NCBI GenBank assembly: GCA_963764725.1
Contig: CAVXTM010000015.1
Location: 1 to 64,000, forward strand
Length of the DNA stretch: 64,000 bases
Source of the DNA: an uncultured Gammaproteobacteria bacterium
GTDB taxonomy: Bacteria > Pseudomonadota > Gammaproteobacteria > JACCXJ01
Direction of reading: 5' to 3'
Of the stretch, positions 18,799 through 29,063 are shown one piece after another (the first letter of the stretch is position 1; each line of letters opens with the position of its first letter). Below the pieces are notes generated by a model, which saw only the letters and a list, made by a program, of their open reading frames with translations, had not been told where the DNA came from and ran no database searches. A program made the position numbers and the translations under genes.

Positions 18799-21061
18799 AA
18801 ACCGCGGCCGCGGTCTCTTTGGTCTCCACAGTGAGGGATAGTTCGCCGTTCTTGACGGTGATGTCGACATGGCCGCCGTGTTCAAGCGTGCCAAAGAGCA
18901 GCTCTTCGGCGAGAGGTCGCTTGATCTTGTCTTGGATGAGGCGGTTCATCGGCCGCGCGCCCATCAAGGGATCGTGGCCGTGCTCGGCGAGCCAAGCTCG
19001 CGCCGCTTCGTCGACATCGACGCTCACGTTCTTGGTGTCCAGTTGGGATTCGAGCTCGACCAGGAACTTATCGACGACTTGCTGCACGGTGCGTTCATCG
19101 AGCGCATTGAATTGGACGATCGCGTCCAGGCGATTGCGGAACTCCGGGCTGAACGCGCGTTTGATGACTTCCATGGCGTCGCCCGTATGGTCTTGATGGG
19201 TAAATCCGACCGAGGCCCGGTTGATGCGCTCGGCGCCGGCGTTGGTGGTCATGATGATGATGACGTTGCGGAAGTCGCTCTCGCGGCCGTTCGTATCGGT
19301 CAGCGCGCCGTGGTCCATGATCTGCAGCAACAGATTGTACACGTCGGGATGCGCTTTTTCGATCTCATCTAACAGCAACACACAGTGAGGATGTTTAGTG
19401 ATGGCCTCGGTCAAAAGCCCGCCCTGGTCGAAGCCCACGTAACCGGGCGGGGCGCCGATGAGGCGTGAGACGGTATGCCGCTCCATGTATTCCGACATAT
19501 CGAAGCGCACCAGCTCAATGCCCATGATGCGCGCGAGTTGCCGGCTCACTTCGGTTTTGCCTACGCCCGTCGGTCCGGCGAAAAGAAAGGAACCGATCGG
19601 CCGCCGGGTATCGCCGAGGCCCGAGCGCGACATCTTGATCGCGGCGGCCATCGTGGCGATGGCTTGTTCCTGGCCGAAGACGACGAGCTTGAGATCGCGT
19701 TCCAGATACCGCAGCACATCCTTATCCGAGGTCGAGACGGTTTTGGGCGGGATGCGGGCGACCTTGGCGACGATGTTCTCGATATCGGCTACGTTGATGA
19801 TCTTGCGCCGACGCGAGGCCGGGACGAGTTGCTGGCTCGCGCCCACCTCGTCGATGATGTCGATGGCCTTGTCCGGCAGATGGCGATCGTTGATGTAACG
19901 GTCGGTCAGTTCGGCGGCAGCTCGCAAGGCTTGATGCGTGTATTTGACTCCGTGATGCCGTTCGAATCGGGACTTGAGACCGTGGAGGATCTTCACCGTG
20001 TCCTCGACCGAAGGCGCGGTGATATCGATCTTCTGGAAACGCCGGGAGAGCGCCCGGTCCTTCTCGAAGATCCCGCGGTATTCCTGATAGGTCGTCGATC
20101 CGATGCACTTGAGATCCCCTGAGGCGAGCATCGGTTTGATGAGATTGGAAGCGTCCATCACGCCGCCGGACGCCGCTCCCGCCCCGATGATGGTATGGAT
20201 CTCGTCGATGAAAAGGATGGCGCCGGGTTCCTTCTGCAACTGGCCGAGGACGCTTTTCAAGCGCTTTTCGAAATCGCCCCGGTATTTGGTCCCGGCGAGC
20301 AAGGCGCCGAGGTCGAGGGCGTAAATGTTGCTCTCGGCCAGGACCTCGGGGACCTCGCCATCGACGATCATCTTGGCCAGTCCTTCGGCAATCGCGGTTT
20401 TCCCCACACCCGCCTCGCCGACATAGAGGGGATTGTTCTTGCGCCGCCGACACAGGATCTGAATCGTGCGCTCTATCTCTTGGCGGCGGCCGATCAAGGG
20501 GTCGATCTTTCCTTTTCGCGCCAGCCTGTTCAAATGGCTCGTGAAGGCCTCTAAAGGGGATTTGCCGCCTTCCGCGGACTCGGGCGCAGGGTCTGCCGCG
20601 CCGTTGCCATCGCCCGGTTCATCCTCGTTGGTTTTGGTGATCCCGTGGGAAATGAAATTGACCACATCCAGGCGCGTGACGTGGTATTTATTGAGCAGGA
20701 AGACGGCCTGGGACTCGCGCTCGCCGAATAGCGCTACCAGCACATTGGCGCCGGTGACTTCCCGTTTGCCCGAAGACTGAACGTGGAAAACCGCGCGCTG
20801 CAAGACGCGTTGGAATCCGAGCGTGGGTTGCGTGTCGCGATCGTCGGTGAGGGGTAGCACAGGGGCCGTTTCTTGAATGAATAGCTCCAACTCGCCGCGC
20901 AATTGGTGGCAGTCCGCACCGCAGGCGCGCAACACCCTGACCGCGGCACTATTGTCGATCAGGGCGAGCAACAAGTGCTCGACCGTAATGAATTCATGCC
21001 GCTGCACCCGCGCGTCTTTGTAGGTGTGGTTAAGCGTGATCTCCAGCTCTTTGTTTAACAT
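18797..21061 (-). CDS. clpA: ATP-dependent Clp protease ATP-binding subunit ClpA
   Basis: Two AAA+ modules (GEAGVGKT, GPTGVGKT), RFDMSEYMERH; downstream of clpS. Confidence 0.97.
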   Translation of the reverse strand: MLNKELEITLNHTYKDARVQRHEFITVEHLLLALIDNSAAVRVLRACGADCHQLRGELELFIQETAPVLPLTDDRDTQPTLGFQRVLQRAVFHVQSSGKREVTGANVLVALFGERESQAVFLLNKYHVTRLDVVNFISHGITKTNEDEPGDGNGAADPAPESAEGGKSPLEAFTSHLNRLARKGKIDPLIGRRQEIERTIQILCRRRKNNPLYVGEAGVGKTAIAEGLAKMIVDGEVPEVLAESNIYALDLGALLAGTKYRGDFEKRLKSVLGQLQKEPGAILFIDEIHTIIGAGAASGGVMDASNLIKPMLASGDLKCIGSTTYQEYRGIFEKDRALSRRFQKIDITAPSVEDTVKILHGLKSRFERHHGVKYTHQALRAAAELTDRYINDRHLPDKAIDIIDEVGASQQLVPASRRRKIINVADIENIVAKVARIPPKTVSTSDKDVLRYLERDLKLVVFGQEQAIATMAAAIKMSRSGLGDTRRPIGSFLFAGPTGVGKTEVSRQLARIMGIELVRFDMSEYMERHTVSRLIGAPPGYVGFDQGGLLTEAITKHPHCVLLLDEIEKAHPDVYNLLLQIMDHGALTDTNGRESDFRNVIIIMTTNAGAERINRASVGFTHQDHTGDAMEVIKRAFSPEFRNRLDAIVQFNALDERTVQQVVDKFLVELESQLDTKNVSVDVDEAARAWLAEHGHDPLMGARPMNRLIQDKIKRPLAEELLFGTLEHGGHVDITVKNGELSLTVETKETAAAV

Positions 21062-21073
21062 AGCCGTTCCTGC

Positions 21074-21394
21074 TTATTCGCGCTCCATGGTACAGAGCAG
21101 TGGGTGTTGATGTTCGCGCGCATAGGCGTTGACCTGTGCGGCTTTCGTCTCCGCGATTTCATGAGTGAACAGCCCGCACACGCCGCGGCCGCGCGTGTGT
21201 ACCTCGAGCATGATGAGGGTCGCATCTTGCCGGTTTTTGGAAAAAAACTGTTCCAAGATATGCACGACGAAATCCATCGGGGTGTAATCGTCATTCAGCA
21301 AGATCACCCGGTACAAGGGCGGACGTTTGAGCTTAGGCCGGGCGTCTTGAAGCGCCAATCCGCCGTCGTGGTCATTTTGGGGTTTCTGTGCCAT
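21074..21394 (-). CDS. clpS: Clp protease adaptor ClpS
   Basis: [17 protein letters not shown] and HPLLCTME motifs; start at MAQK. Confidence 0.97.
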   Translation of the reverse strand: MAQKPQNDHDGGLALQDARPKLKRPPLYRVILLNDDYTPMDFVVHILEQFFSKNRQDATLIMLEVHTRGRGVCGLFTHEIAETKAAQVNAYAREHQHPLLCTMERE

Positions 21395-21662
21395 GACCCA
21401 GGTGTTCCAGTCGTTGCTACATAAATTATACGGACCCGATAGCGATATTTCATCGATCATCCGCCGGCGATCAGATATTTTCGCCGAGGATATGGACGCC
21501 CGGGCTCGGGTTTAGAGGCGCAAAAAGCCTGCCCATTCCTTAGCCGCAATTCGAAAGCGGAGCGCTTAGCATGCGACCTTTACACGTTTGTGCAACGCCA
21601 TGTTCGCTTTTAGGGTGGCTAGTGGAGTGTACTTCAGGATGGCCGTAAGGTTACAATCGGTC

Positions 21663-21750
21663 CCGTTCCGGAGGCGCACGCGCGCGATTTAGTTCGGAAG
21701 GACGTGCACGGTCAGCGGTTTCGGTCGCGCAAGCCTAGCGAAGCAGCGGC
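21663..21750 (+). ncRNA. Putative structured 5' leader RNA (icd-II-motif-like) upstream of aceA
   Basis: TACAAT -10 box at 21652-21657; crossing helices GCACG/CGTGC and GCGCGAT/GTCGCGC; resembles, from memory, leaders of proteobacterial icd genes. Confidence 0.5.
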
Positions 21751-21844
21751 GCGTATGGAAAACATATCATGGGGCCTAAGCCCGCCGGTGTTCCTAATCG
21801 CCGGAGGCTTCGGGCGATTGTGTTGAACGGCAGGAGAGACAGTG

Positions 21845-23146
21845 ATGGCGTTCGAAAGTGAAGCGAAGAAACTAGAACAGGAATGGACCACGAACCCCCG
21901 CTGGAAGGACCGCAAGCGCGATTACGGCGCCGCGGATGTCGTCAAGCTGCGAGGGAGCGTGGTTATCGAGCATACCCTGGCCAAGCGGGGCGCGGAGAAG
22001 CTCTGGCGCCTGATCCATAGCGAGGATTTCGTCAACGCCCTCGGGGCGCTCACAGGAAATCAAGCGGTGCAGCAGGCGAAAGCCGGCTTAAAAGCCATCT
22101 ATCTCAGCGGCTGGCAGGTGGCGGCGGACGCCAATACCGCTTTCACGATGTATCCCGACCAATCGCTTTATCCGGTCGACAGCGTGCCGACCGTGATCCG
22201 GCGCATCAACAACGCCTTGACCCGGGCCGACCAGATCGCGCACGCGGAGGGGGATGACAGCATCGACTATTTCCTGCCGATACTCGCCGACGCCGAAGCG
22301 GGATTCGGCGGCGTGCTCAACGCCTTCGAGCTCATGAAACATATGATCGAAGCCGGCGCCGCCGCGGCGCACTTCGAGGATCAACTCGCCTCGGCCAAGA
22401 AATGCGGACACATGGGCGGCAAGGTGCTCGTGCCGACCCAGGAGGCGGTGCAGAAGCTCACGGCCGCGCGCCTGGCAGCGGACACGATGGGGGTGCCGAC
22501 ATTGATCATCGCCCGTACCGATGCCGAGGGCGCGAATCTCATAACCTCGGACGTCAACGAGCGCGATCGGGCGTTCTGTACCGGCGAGCGCACGGTCGAG
22601 GGTTTTTACGTCACCAAGAAAGGGCTGGATCAAGCGATTGCGAGGGGGATCGCCTATGCGCCCTACGCCGATCTCATCTGGTGCGAGACGCAGACGCCGG
22701 ATCTCGCGTTCGCGAAGAAGTTCGTCGAGGGCGTTCGCAAGCATCATCCGAATCAGCTCTTTGCGTACAACTGTTCGCCCTCGTTCAATTGGAAGAAGAA
22801 CCTCGACGACGCCACGATCGCGAAGTTCCAGCGCGAGATGGGCGCCATGGGCTATAAGTTTCAGTTCATTACCTTGGCCGGCTTCCATGCCTTGAATTAC
22901 AGCATGTTCAATCTCGCCTATGGTTACGCGCACCAGCAGATGAGCGCCTTCGTGGAATTGCAGGAAGCGGAGTTCGCGGCGGTATCCAAGGGGTTCACCG
23001 CTGTCAAACACCAACGCGAAGTGGGCACCGGCTATTTCGATGCGGTGACTCAAGCCATTACCGGAGGAAACTCTTCGATCACCGCACTCAAGGGCTCAAC
23101 GGAAGAAGCTCAGTTCGAGGATCGCAAGGCCGCAAGCGCGCATTAA
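21845..23146 (+). CDS. aceA: Isocitrate lyase
   Basis: [24 protein letters not shown] and [10 protein letters not shown] motifs. Confidence 0.98.
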   Translation: MAFESEAKKLEQEWTTNPRWKDRKRDYGAADVVKLRGSVVIEHTLAKRGAEKLWRLIHSEDFVNALGALTGNQAVQQAKAGLKAIYLSGWQVAADANTAFTMYPDQSLYPVDSVPTVIRRINNALTRADQIAHAEGDDSIDYFLPILADAEAGFGGVLNAFELMKHMIEAGAAAAHFEDQLASAKKCGHMGGKVLVPTQEAVQKLTAARLAADTMGVPTLIIARTDAEGANLITSDVNERDRAFCTGERTVEGFYVTKKGLDQAIARGIAYAPYADLIWCETQTPDLAFAKKFVEGVRKHHPNQLFAYNCSPSFNWKKNLDDATIAKFQREMGAMGYKFQFITLAGFHALNYSMFNLAYGYAHQQMSAFVELQEAEFAAVSKGFTAVKHQREVGTGYFDAVTQAITGGNSSITALKGSTEEAQFEDRKAASAH

Positions 23147-23186
23147 ATCTATCCCCCGCGATCTTGCCGCGGGGCCCTTAGCGATG
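23145..23186 (+). repeat. Partial copy (hairpin end only) of the palindromic element, copy B
   Basis: AAATCTATCCCCCGCGATCTTGCCGCGGGGCCCTTAGCGATG matches the start of the 56964 copy. Confidence 0.75.
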
Positions 23187-23191
23187 CATAG

Positions 23192-23230
23192 AGCCCGGCA
23201 GACGGCTATACGCGGTCTGCCGGGTTTTCT
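23192..23230 (+). terminator. Rho-independent terminator after aceA
   Basis: CCCGGCAGAC...GTCTGCCGGG stem followed by TTTTCT. Confidence 0.65.
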
Positions 23231-23256
23231 CGTACGCATTCCAGTAAAATCGATTT

Positions 23257-24150
23257 ATGCAGTTCCCCACCATCGAGTCCTTTGTCGGCAACACGCCGTT
23301 GGTACGCCTGCAGCGATTGCCGGGCGAGACCACGAACGTGATCTTGGCTAAGCTCGAAGGCGACAATCCCGCCGGTTCCGTGAAGGATCGTCCGGCCCTG
23401 AGCATGATCCGGCGCGCGGAGGAGCGCGGGGAAATCACCCCGGGCGATACACTTATTGAAGCCACCAGCGGGAACACCGGGATCGCGCTGGCCTTGGTGG
23501 CCGCCATCAAGGGCTACCGAATGGTGTTGATCATGCCCGAGCACATGAGCGTCGAGCGTTGCGCAGCCATGCGGGCCTATGGGGCCGAGATTATTCTGAC
23601 GCCGGCGGAAGGGAGCATGGAGGCCGCGATTGACTTGGCGCGCGAGATGGAGCGCGAAGGCCGCGGGAAAGTTCTTGACCAATTTTCCAATCCCGACAAT
23701 CCGCGCGCCCATTACGAAGGCACGGGGCCCGAAATCTGGCGTGCGACCGAGGGCCGCGTCACGCACTTCGTGAGCTCCATGGGGACGACGGGAACAATCA
23801 TGGGAACGTCCCGCTTCCTCAAGGAAAAGAACCCCGGGGTTCAGATCGTCGGAGTGCAACCTCAGGCCGGAGCCTGCATCCCGGGGATCCGCCGTTGGCC
23901 GCCGGAGTATCTGCCCAAGATCTACGAACCCGCGCGCGTAGATCGGATCATCGACGTGAGCCAGGAAGAGGCCGATTCCCTGACCCGGAGCTTGGCGGCG
24001 AAAGAGGGCATTTTTGCAGGGATCTCATCAGGCGGAGCGGTTGCCGCCGCATTACGCCTCGCGCGCGAGCTGCAGCATGCCGTGATCGTCACCGTCATCT
24101 GCGATCGCGGGGATCGCTATTTGTCCACGCAGCTTTTCCCAAAGAAATAA
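23257..24150 (+). CDS. cysM: Cysteine synthase B
   Basis: KLEGDNPAGSVKDR, ATSGNTG, MGTTGT, IPGIRRW and CDRGDRYLS motifs. Confidence 0.96.
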   Translation: MQFPTIESFVGNTPLVRLQRLPGETTNVILAKLEGDNPAGSVKDRPALSMIRRAEERGEITPGDTLIEATSGNTGIALALVAAIKGYRMVLIMPEHMSVERCAAMRAYGAEIILTPAEGSMEAAIDLAREMEREGRGKVLDQFSNPDNPRAHYEGTGPEIWRATEGRVTHFVSSMGTTGTIMGTSRFLKEKNPGVQIVGVQPQAGACIPGIRRWPPEYLPKIYEPARVDRIIDVSQEEADSLTRSLAAKEGIFAGISSGGAVAAALRLARELQHAVIVTVICDRGDRYLSTQLFPKK

Positions 24151-24168
24151 GCGCGCATCGGGTCGGCC

Positions 24169-24954
24169 GTGAACGTGCTGGTGTTTGACATCGAGACGGT
24201 CCCGGACGTGGACGCAGGCCGCCGTTTGTATGAGCTCACTGACCTGACGGATAAAGAAGTTGCACAGGTCATGCACAGTAAGCGTATGCAGGAGACCGAG
24301 GGAAAGAGCGAGTTCCTGCGTCACCCGGTGCAGCGCGTGGTCGCGATTTCCCTCGTCTTACGCACACCGACGCGCTTACATGTCTGGTCGATCGGGGAGC
24401 CGGGCTCGCCGGAGGCGGAGCTGATCCAGCGGTTCTTCGATGGCATCGAGCGTTATAGCCCCATGCTCGTTTCGTGGAACGGGCGGGGATTCGACCTTCC
24501 GGTGCTGCATTACCGCGGGCTTCTGCACGGAGTCAACGCGGGCCGATACTGGGAAACCGGCGGCAACGACCAGGGCTTTCGTTGGAACAATTATCTCAAT
24601 CGTTTTCACGAGCGTCATACCGATCTCATGGACGTCATCGCGGGCTACGAACCGCGTGCTTTTGCGTCCTTGCACGATGTCGCGAGCCTGTTGGGATTTC
24701 CAGGGAAGCGCGGGATGAGCGGCGCCGATGTGTGGGAGCGCTTTCGTGCGGGCGATATCGAGGCCATCCGCAACTATTGTGAAACCGACGTCTTGAACAC
24801 CTATCTGATTTATCTGCGCTATGAGCTGATGCGCGGCAAGCAAACCCGCGACGGCTATGAAACGGGGTGTCAAGCCTTGCGGCAGGCCTTGGAGCAGGAA
24901 TCGCGGCCACATCTGCAAGCCTTCTTGAAGGCATGGAACGGCGTCTTCCCGTAG
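24169..24954 (+). CDS. 3'-5' exonuclease (PolB-related)
   Basis: VFDIETVPD, VSWNGRGFDLPVL and YCETDVLNT motifs; usual position after cysM. Confidence 0.92.
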   Translation: MNVLVFDIETVPDVDAGRRLYELTDLTDKEVAQVMHSKRMQETEGKSEFLRHPVQRVVAISLVLRTPTRLHVWSIGEPGSPEAELIQRFFDGIERYSPMLVSWNGRGFDLPVLHYRGLLHGVNAGRYWETGGNDQGFRWNNYLNRFHERHTDLMDVIAGYEPRAFASLHDVASLLGFPGKRGMSGADVWERFRAGDIEAIRNYCETDVLNTYLIYLRYELMRGKQTRDGYETGCQALRQALEQESRPHLQAFLKAWNGVFP

Positions 24955-24973
24955 GTATTGCGAATCCGTATCG

Positions 24974-26029
24974 TTAGCCTTGCTCGAGCAGGTTTATGAG
25001 GTCGATCGTGCCGGAATTGGCGCGCGAGATATAAGAGGCCATGACCAAAGAGTGATTGGCGAAGAACGCGAAGCCATCCCCGGTGAGAACCATCGGGCTC
25101 CTCAGCGCGTCCTGGGTGCGTTCCAATACGCGCAGGATCTGGCGCAGGCTGACGACTGCGTTCTTTTTGCTGAGCACCGATTCAAAGTCGATCTCGATGG
25201 CGCGCAGGAAGTGCAAGAGAGCCCAAGCCGCCCCGCGGGCTTCATAGAAGACGTCGTCGACCTCCATCCAGGGGGTTTTTTCCATGGAGGCCGCGGAGAG
25301 CGATTCGTCCTCCGCAGCGGCCGGGTTGGCGCTGGTAATAGGCAGGGACACCTTCCCGACGCTGGCGCTCAAGCGCTGAGACTGGTCCCCTAAGCGCGCC
25401 GCGACCAGCGACAGATACGCGACCAGGTTATCGGCGCGCGCGTAAAACCGGGCCGCGGGCGGTTTCGCATTCGTTAGCCTCGAAAAATAGCGTTCCAGTG
25501 CTACGATACCCACTTTCACCTGACCCTCGAAGGACGGAAACAGCCAGGCATCGGTGTCGTTGTGAAAATAGGGATCGGCGATGGATAGGTCAGCGTCTTC
25601 GGTCGATTGGGTCTGCGAGCGGCTAATGTCGTTGCGCAGCACGCGGGTCAAATCCCGCAATTGCACCACCACGCCAAACTCCCAGCTCGGCGTATTGTCC
25701 ATGAGCAAACCGGGCGGGCTGATATCGTTGGCTAAAAATCCGCCGGGTTTGTCGATCAGAATCGACGCGACCTCGATGAGCGTCGCTGTCGTGACCGCGC
25801 CGGCCTTGAGCGTCTGCGGACTTTCAGCCATGCGCTTCAAGGCCGCCTCGCGCACATCAAAGTGCGGTGGACCAAGAAACGCCGTATCAACGTCCCAATA
25901 ATAGCTCAATCCCAGCAGGACGATTGCGGTGACGGACACGAAGACCACCGTTATGCGGCCGGCGAGCGAGGGACGGTCCTCGTGCGGATCGTCATCCGTC
26001 GTATTTCTGCCGAAGAGTCGCGTGAGCAT
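24974..26029 (-). CDS. DUF2333 family protein
   Basis: KPGGFLAND, DNTPSWEFG, SRSQTQSTED, FYARADNL and FANHSLVMASY motifs; start moved to MLTRLF. Confidence 0.9.
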   Translation of the reverse strand: MLTRLFGRNTTDDDPHEDRPSLAGRITVVFVSVTAIVLLGLSYYWDVDTAFLGPPHFDVREAALKRMAESPQTLKAGAVTTATLIEVASILIDKPGGFLANDISPPGLLMDNTPSWEFGVVVQLRDLTRVLRNDISRSQTQSTEDADLSIADPYFHNDTDAWLFPSFEGQVKVGIVALERYFSRLTNAKPPAARFYARADNLVAYLSLVAARLGDQSQRLSASVGKVSLPITSANPAAAEDESLSAASMEKTPWMEVDDVFYEARGAAWALLHFLRAIEIDFESVLSKKNAVVSLRQILRVLERTQDALRSPMVLTGDGFAFFANHSLVMASYISRANSGTIDLINLLEQG

Positions 26030-26062
26030 GAAACTAGCCAAGAATATTTGAAATCTAAGAAC

Positions 26063-26166
26063 TCCCTCTCCCACCGGGAGAGGATTGGGGTGAGGGGATT
26101 AGAAATAAGGACAATTCATCGTTTTATATCCCCTCATCCTAACCTTCTCCCGGTGGAAGAAGGGAC
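26063..26166. repeat. BoxC/REP-like inverted pair of purine/pyrimidine-skewed hairpins
   Basis: TCCCTCTCCCACCGGGAGAGGATTGGGGTGAGGGGA ... TCCCCTCATCCTAACCTTCTCCCGGTGGAAGAAGGGA; the halves are imperfect reverse complements around an AT-rich spacer. Confidence 0.8.
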
Positions 26167-26272
26167 GTCTCATTGTCTCGTAGTGGTTTTGTTCGTCATA
26201 TTGGCGGTAAGAATCTACGCTTTCTCGGAGACTGCGCACCGAAAAAGTGGTCCCTATCCGGGCGGTACAAAT

Positions 26273-26288
26273 CGACAAAATTTTGTCG
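26273..26288. promoter_or_regulatory. Palindromic site CGACAAAATTTTGTCG (copy 2)
   Basis: Perfect 16-bp palindrome upstream of DUF2333; 18 of 20 bp identical to 9680-9699. Confidence 0.45.
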
Positions 26289-26408
26289 GTGTTGTTCTTG
26301 TAAGCGCCTAACGATCCTGCATGGCTATAGACAAGGCACCAGACTAAGAGATCTCATCCCGGCTCGCAAGCCCTATGGGCCCGCGGCGGTCTGCCACGGA
26401 GTGACGCC

Positions 26409-29063
26409 CTAGGGCTCGAGCGCCGCGGTGATCGAGTTTCTGAGACATTCGAATTTCAGGGGGTCTCGGATCGGGCGGTTCTCGGTGTCGGTAATGTAAA
26501 AGATGTCTTCGACGCGCTCACCAAAGGTTGCGATTTTCGCATTTTGGAGGCGGACACCGCAGAAGCGCATGGCCATCGCGATTCGCGACAACACTCCCGG
26601 ACGATCCGTGGAAACGACCTCCATAAGCGTGCGCGCATTGGCGTTATCGGCGCTAAAGGACACCTCCGTGGGGAGTTTAAAATGTTTGAGCTCGGGCGCC
26701 GGCCGTCTATTCGTTTTAACGGATAGGGGTTCCGCCGAACCGAGCTTTGCCTCTAGGGCGGCGGCGATCTCCTTGGCGCGGGCGTCGCTTTGAATCATCT
26801 TATGGGTTGCGGCTTCGAGCACGATGTAGGTGTCCAGGGTAAAACCCTTGGGGGAAGAGATGATGCGCGCATCCATGATGGTGAGCCCAAGCCGATCGAG
26901 CGCATGGGTCGCGGCCGCGAAAAGATGGTCTTGGTCGTGCCCGTAGACGAAGATTTCCGTACCGCCGCGGCCCGTTTTGGGGCGGATGAGCACCAGCGGC
27001 AGCTCTTCCGTGCGGGCGCCGACGATGGCCTGGGTGTGCCAGGCGATTTCATCCGGCCCGTGGCGTAAAAAATACTCTTCCCCGAGATCCTGCCATACCG
27101 AAAGAATGGCCTCCTTGCTGAGGCTCGACGGCAGCAAGATCGCCAAGGCCTCGCCTTTGATCTCGGCGATCCATTCTTCTTTTTCGATGGGGTTTCGCAC
27201 CCCTCGTCGGAGCGCCCGTAAGGCGTTCTCATAGAGCTCGGTCAATAAGGCGTCTTTCCAACTGTTCCAGAGCGCGGGGTTGGTGCCCCGGATATCGGCC
27301 ACCGTGAGCAGGTATAAATAGTCTAAACGGACCCGATTGCTGACCAGCCGGGCGAATTCATTGATGACCTCCGGATCGGAGAGGTCGCGCCGCTGCGCCG
27401 TCGTCGACATCCGCAGATGATGTTCTACCAGCCAGGCCACGAGTCTCGTGTCGAAGCGCCCAAGCCCGTGGTGCTGACAGAACTCGGCGGCGATCGTCGC
27501 GCCCACTTGCGAGTGGTCCACGCCGCGGCCCTTGGCAAGGTCGTGAAATAAGCCCGCGATGTAGAGGATCTCGGGCTTCGGGATTTGCGCCATGAGGCGA
27601 GCGCACATGGGCAGCGCGTCCTTATTCTCGGGGTTGGTATATCGGCGCATGTTCTGTACGACGAAAAGGGTGTGCACGTTGACGGTATAGACGTGGAAGA
27701 GATCGAACTGCATGAGCCCGGCGACTGCGCCGAAGTCCGGCAGGTAAGCCTCGAGGACGCCATAACGGTGCATGCGCTGGAGCTCGTGGCCTAGGCGCCG
27801 CGGCTGGCGGACGATCTCCATAAAAAGGCTGCGCACCTTGAGATCGTTGCGGAACTTATTGTCGATAAGGTGGCGGTGGTCGCGGATTAAACGGATGGTG
27901 CTCGCGCGTACACCCTCGATGTGCGGGTTTTGCTGCAACAGTAGAAAGATCTCCAAAAGGGCGAACGGGTAACCTTTGAACACGTGCTCGTCGCAGGCCT
28001 CGATGTAAGCGTTCCGGATCTGGAAGCGCTTATTCAAGGGCTGGATCTCGACGGCATGATCGTGATCGAGGATCGCTTCTTGAAAAAGTTGCAGCAGCAT
28101 CTCGTTGAGCCGGCTAAGCTCCATCACGATGCGATAATAGTGCTTCATGAAGCGCTCGACGGCGAGTTGATCCTGATCGTCGCTCAGGTATCCGAACTGG
28201 GCCGCCACGCGCTGCTGATAATCGAAAAACAACCGATCCTCGCGCCGCCCCGCGAGGGTGTGGAGGGCGAAGCGAATGCGCCATAAGAACGACTGACCGC
28301 TGTTCAAGGTCCGGTATTCGTCCGGCGTTAGAAAACCGTGATCGAGCAAGCCCGCTAAGGAGTCGGCGCCGAAATGACGTTTGGCGACCCAGGCGATCGT
28401 ATGGATATCGCGTAGCCCCCCCGGGCCTTCCTTGATGTTGGGTTCGAGATTTTGGGCCGTATCGTGGAACTTACGATGGCGCGCGGCCTGCTCGCCGAGC
28501 TTGGCCTCGAAAAAGGCGGCGGGGGGCCAGATAGTCGCGGGTCCGGTCGCGGTGCGCATAGCCTCATAAAGGGCGATGTCACCGGCAAGCAAGCGTGCTT
28601 CCATGAGATTCGTCACGATAGTGAGATCCCCGGCCGCCATGTCCCGGCATTGCGCCACCGTACGGACGCTGTGCCCGACCTCGAGACCCATGTCCCAGAG
28701 GAAGCGCACAAAAGATTCCATGCGTTCATGGTCCTTGCCCGACACCCGGGCCCCCGTCAGCACTAAGATATCGACGTCCGAACCCGGATGCAGCTCGCGG
28801 CGTCCGTAACCTCCAGCGGCGATCAGGCCAAACGGTTTTCCCGCGAGCCCCCATTGCCCCCAAGCGCGCGTGACCAGCTCGTCCACGAGCCAGGTGCGCT
28901 GGGCGACCAGCTCGGTGATCGGCGTGCCCATCGCGAAGCGCTGCTCCAGGTAAGCCGCTCCGGCCGCAAGCGCGGCCTTATAGACCGCGAGCGGCTCGGC
29001 CGCGCGTTTTTTTAAGTCGTGCTCGAAGCTCAGCGGATCGAAAAACTCCCGCGGGTAGCTCAT
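26409..29063 (-). CDS. glnD: [Protein-PII] uridylyltransferase
   Basis: GGYGRRELHPGSDVD, EPNIKEGPGGLRD, HD domain and two ACT domains; start MSYP overlaps the map stop. Confidence 0.97.
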   Translation of the reverse strand: MSYPREFFDPLSFEHDLKKRAAEPLAVYKAALAAGAAYLEQRFAMGTPITELVAQRTWLVDELVTRAWGQWGLAGKPFGLIAAGGYGRRELHPGSDVDILVLTGARVSGKDHERMESFVRFLWDMGLEVGHSVRTVAQCRDMAAGDLTIVTNLMEARLLAGDIALYEAMRTATGPATIWPPAAFFEAKLGEQAARHRKFHDTAQNLEPNIKEGPGGLRDIHTIAWVAKRHFGADSLAGLLDHGFLTPDEYRTLNSGQSFLWRIRFALHTLAGRREDRLFFDYQQRVAAQFGYLSDDQDQLAVERFMKHYYRIVMELSRLNEMLLQLFQEAILDHDHAVEIQPLNKRFQIRNAYIEACDEHVFKGYPFALLEIFLLLQQNPHIEGVRASTIRLIRDHRHLIDNKFRNDLKVRSLFMEIVRQPRRLGHELQRMHRYGVLEAYLPDFGAVAGLMQFDLFHVYTVNVHTLFVVQNMRRYTNPENKDALPMCARLMAQIPKPEILYIAGLFHDLAKGRGVDHSQVGATIAAEFCQHHGLGRFDTRLVAWLVEHHLRMSTTAQRRDLSDPEVINEFARLVSNRVRLDYLYLLTVADIRGTNPALWNSWKDALLTELYENALRALRRGVRNPIEKEEWIAEIKGEALAILLPSSLSKEAILSVWQDLGEEYFLRHGPDEIAWHTQAIVGARTEELPLVLIRPKTGRGGTEIFVYGHDQDHLFAAATHALDRLGLTIMDARIISSPKGFTLDTYIVLEAATHKMIQSDARAKEIAAALEAKLGSAEPLSVKTNRRPAPELKHFKLPTEVSFSADNANARTLMEVVSTDRPGVLSRIAMAMRFCGVRLQNAKIATFGERVEDIFYITDTENRPIRDPLKFECLRNSITAALEP

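Noticed and set aside
22088-23053. 321-aa minus-strand ORF, and similar long antisense ORFs over dxr, lpxD and clpA
   Set aside because: Expected shadows of conserved genes in GC-rich DNA.
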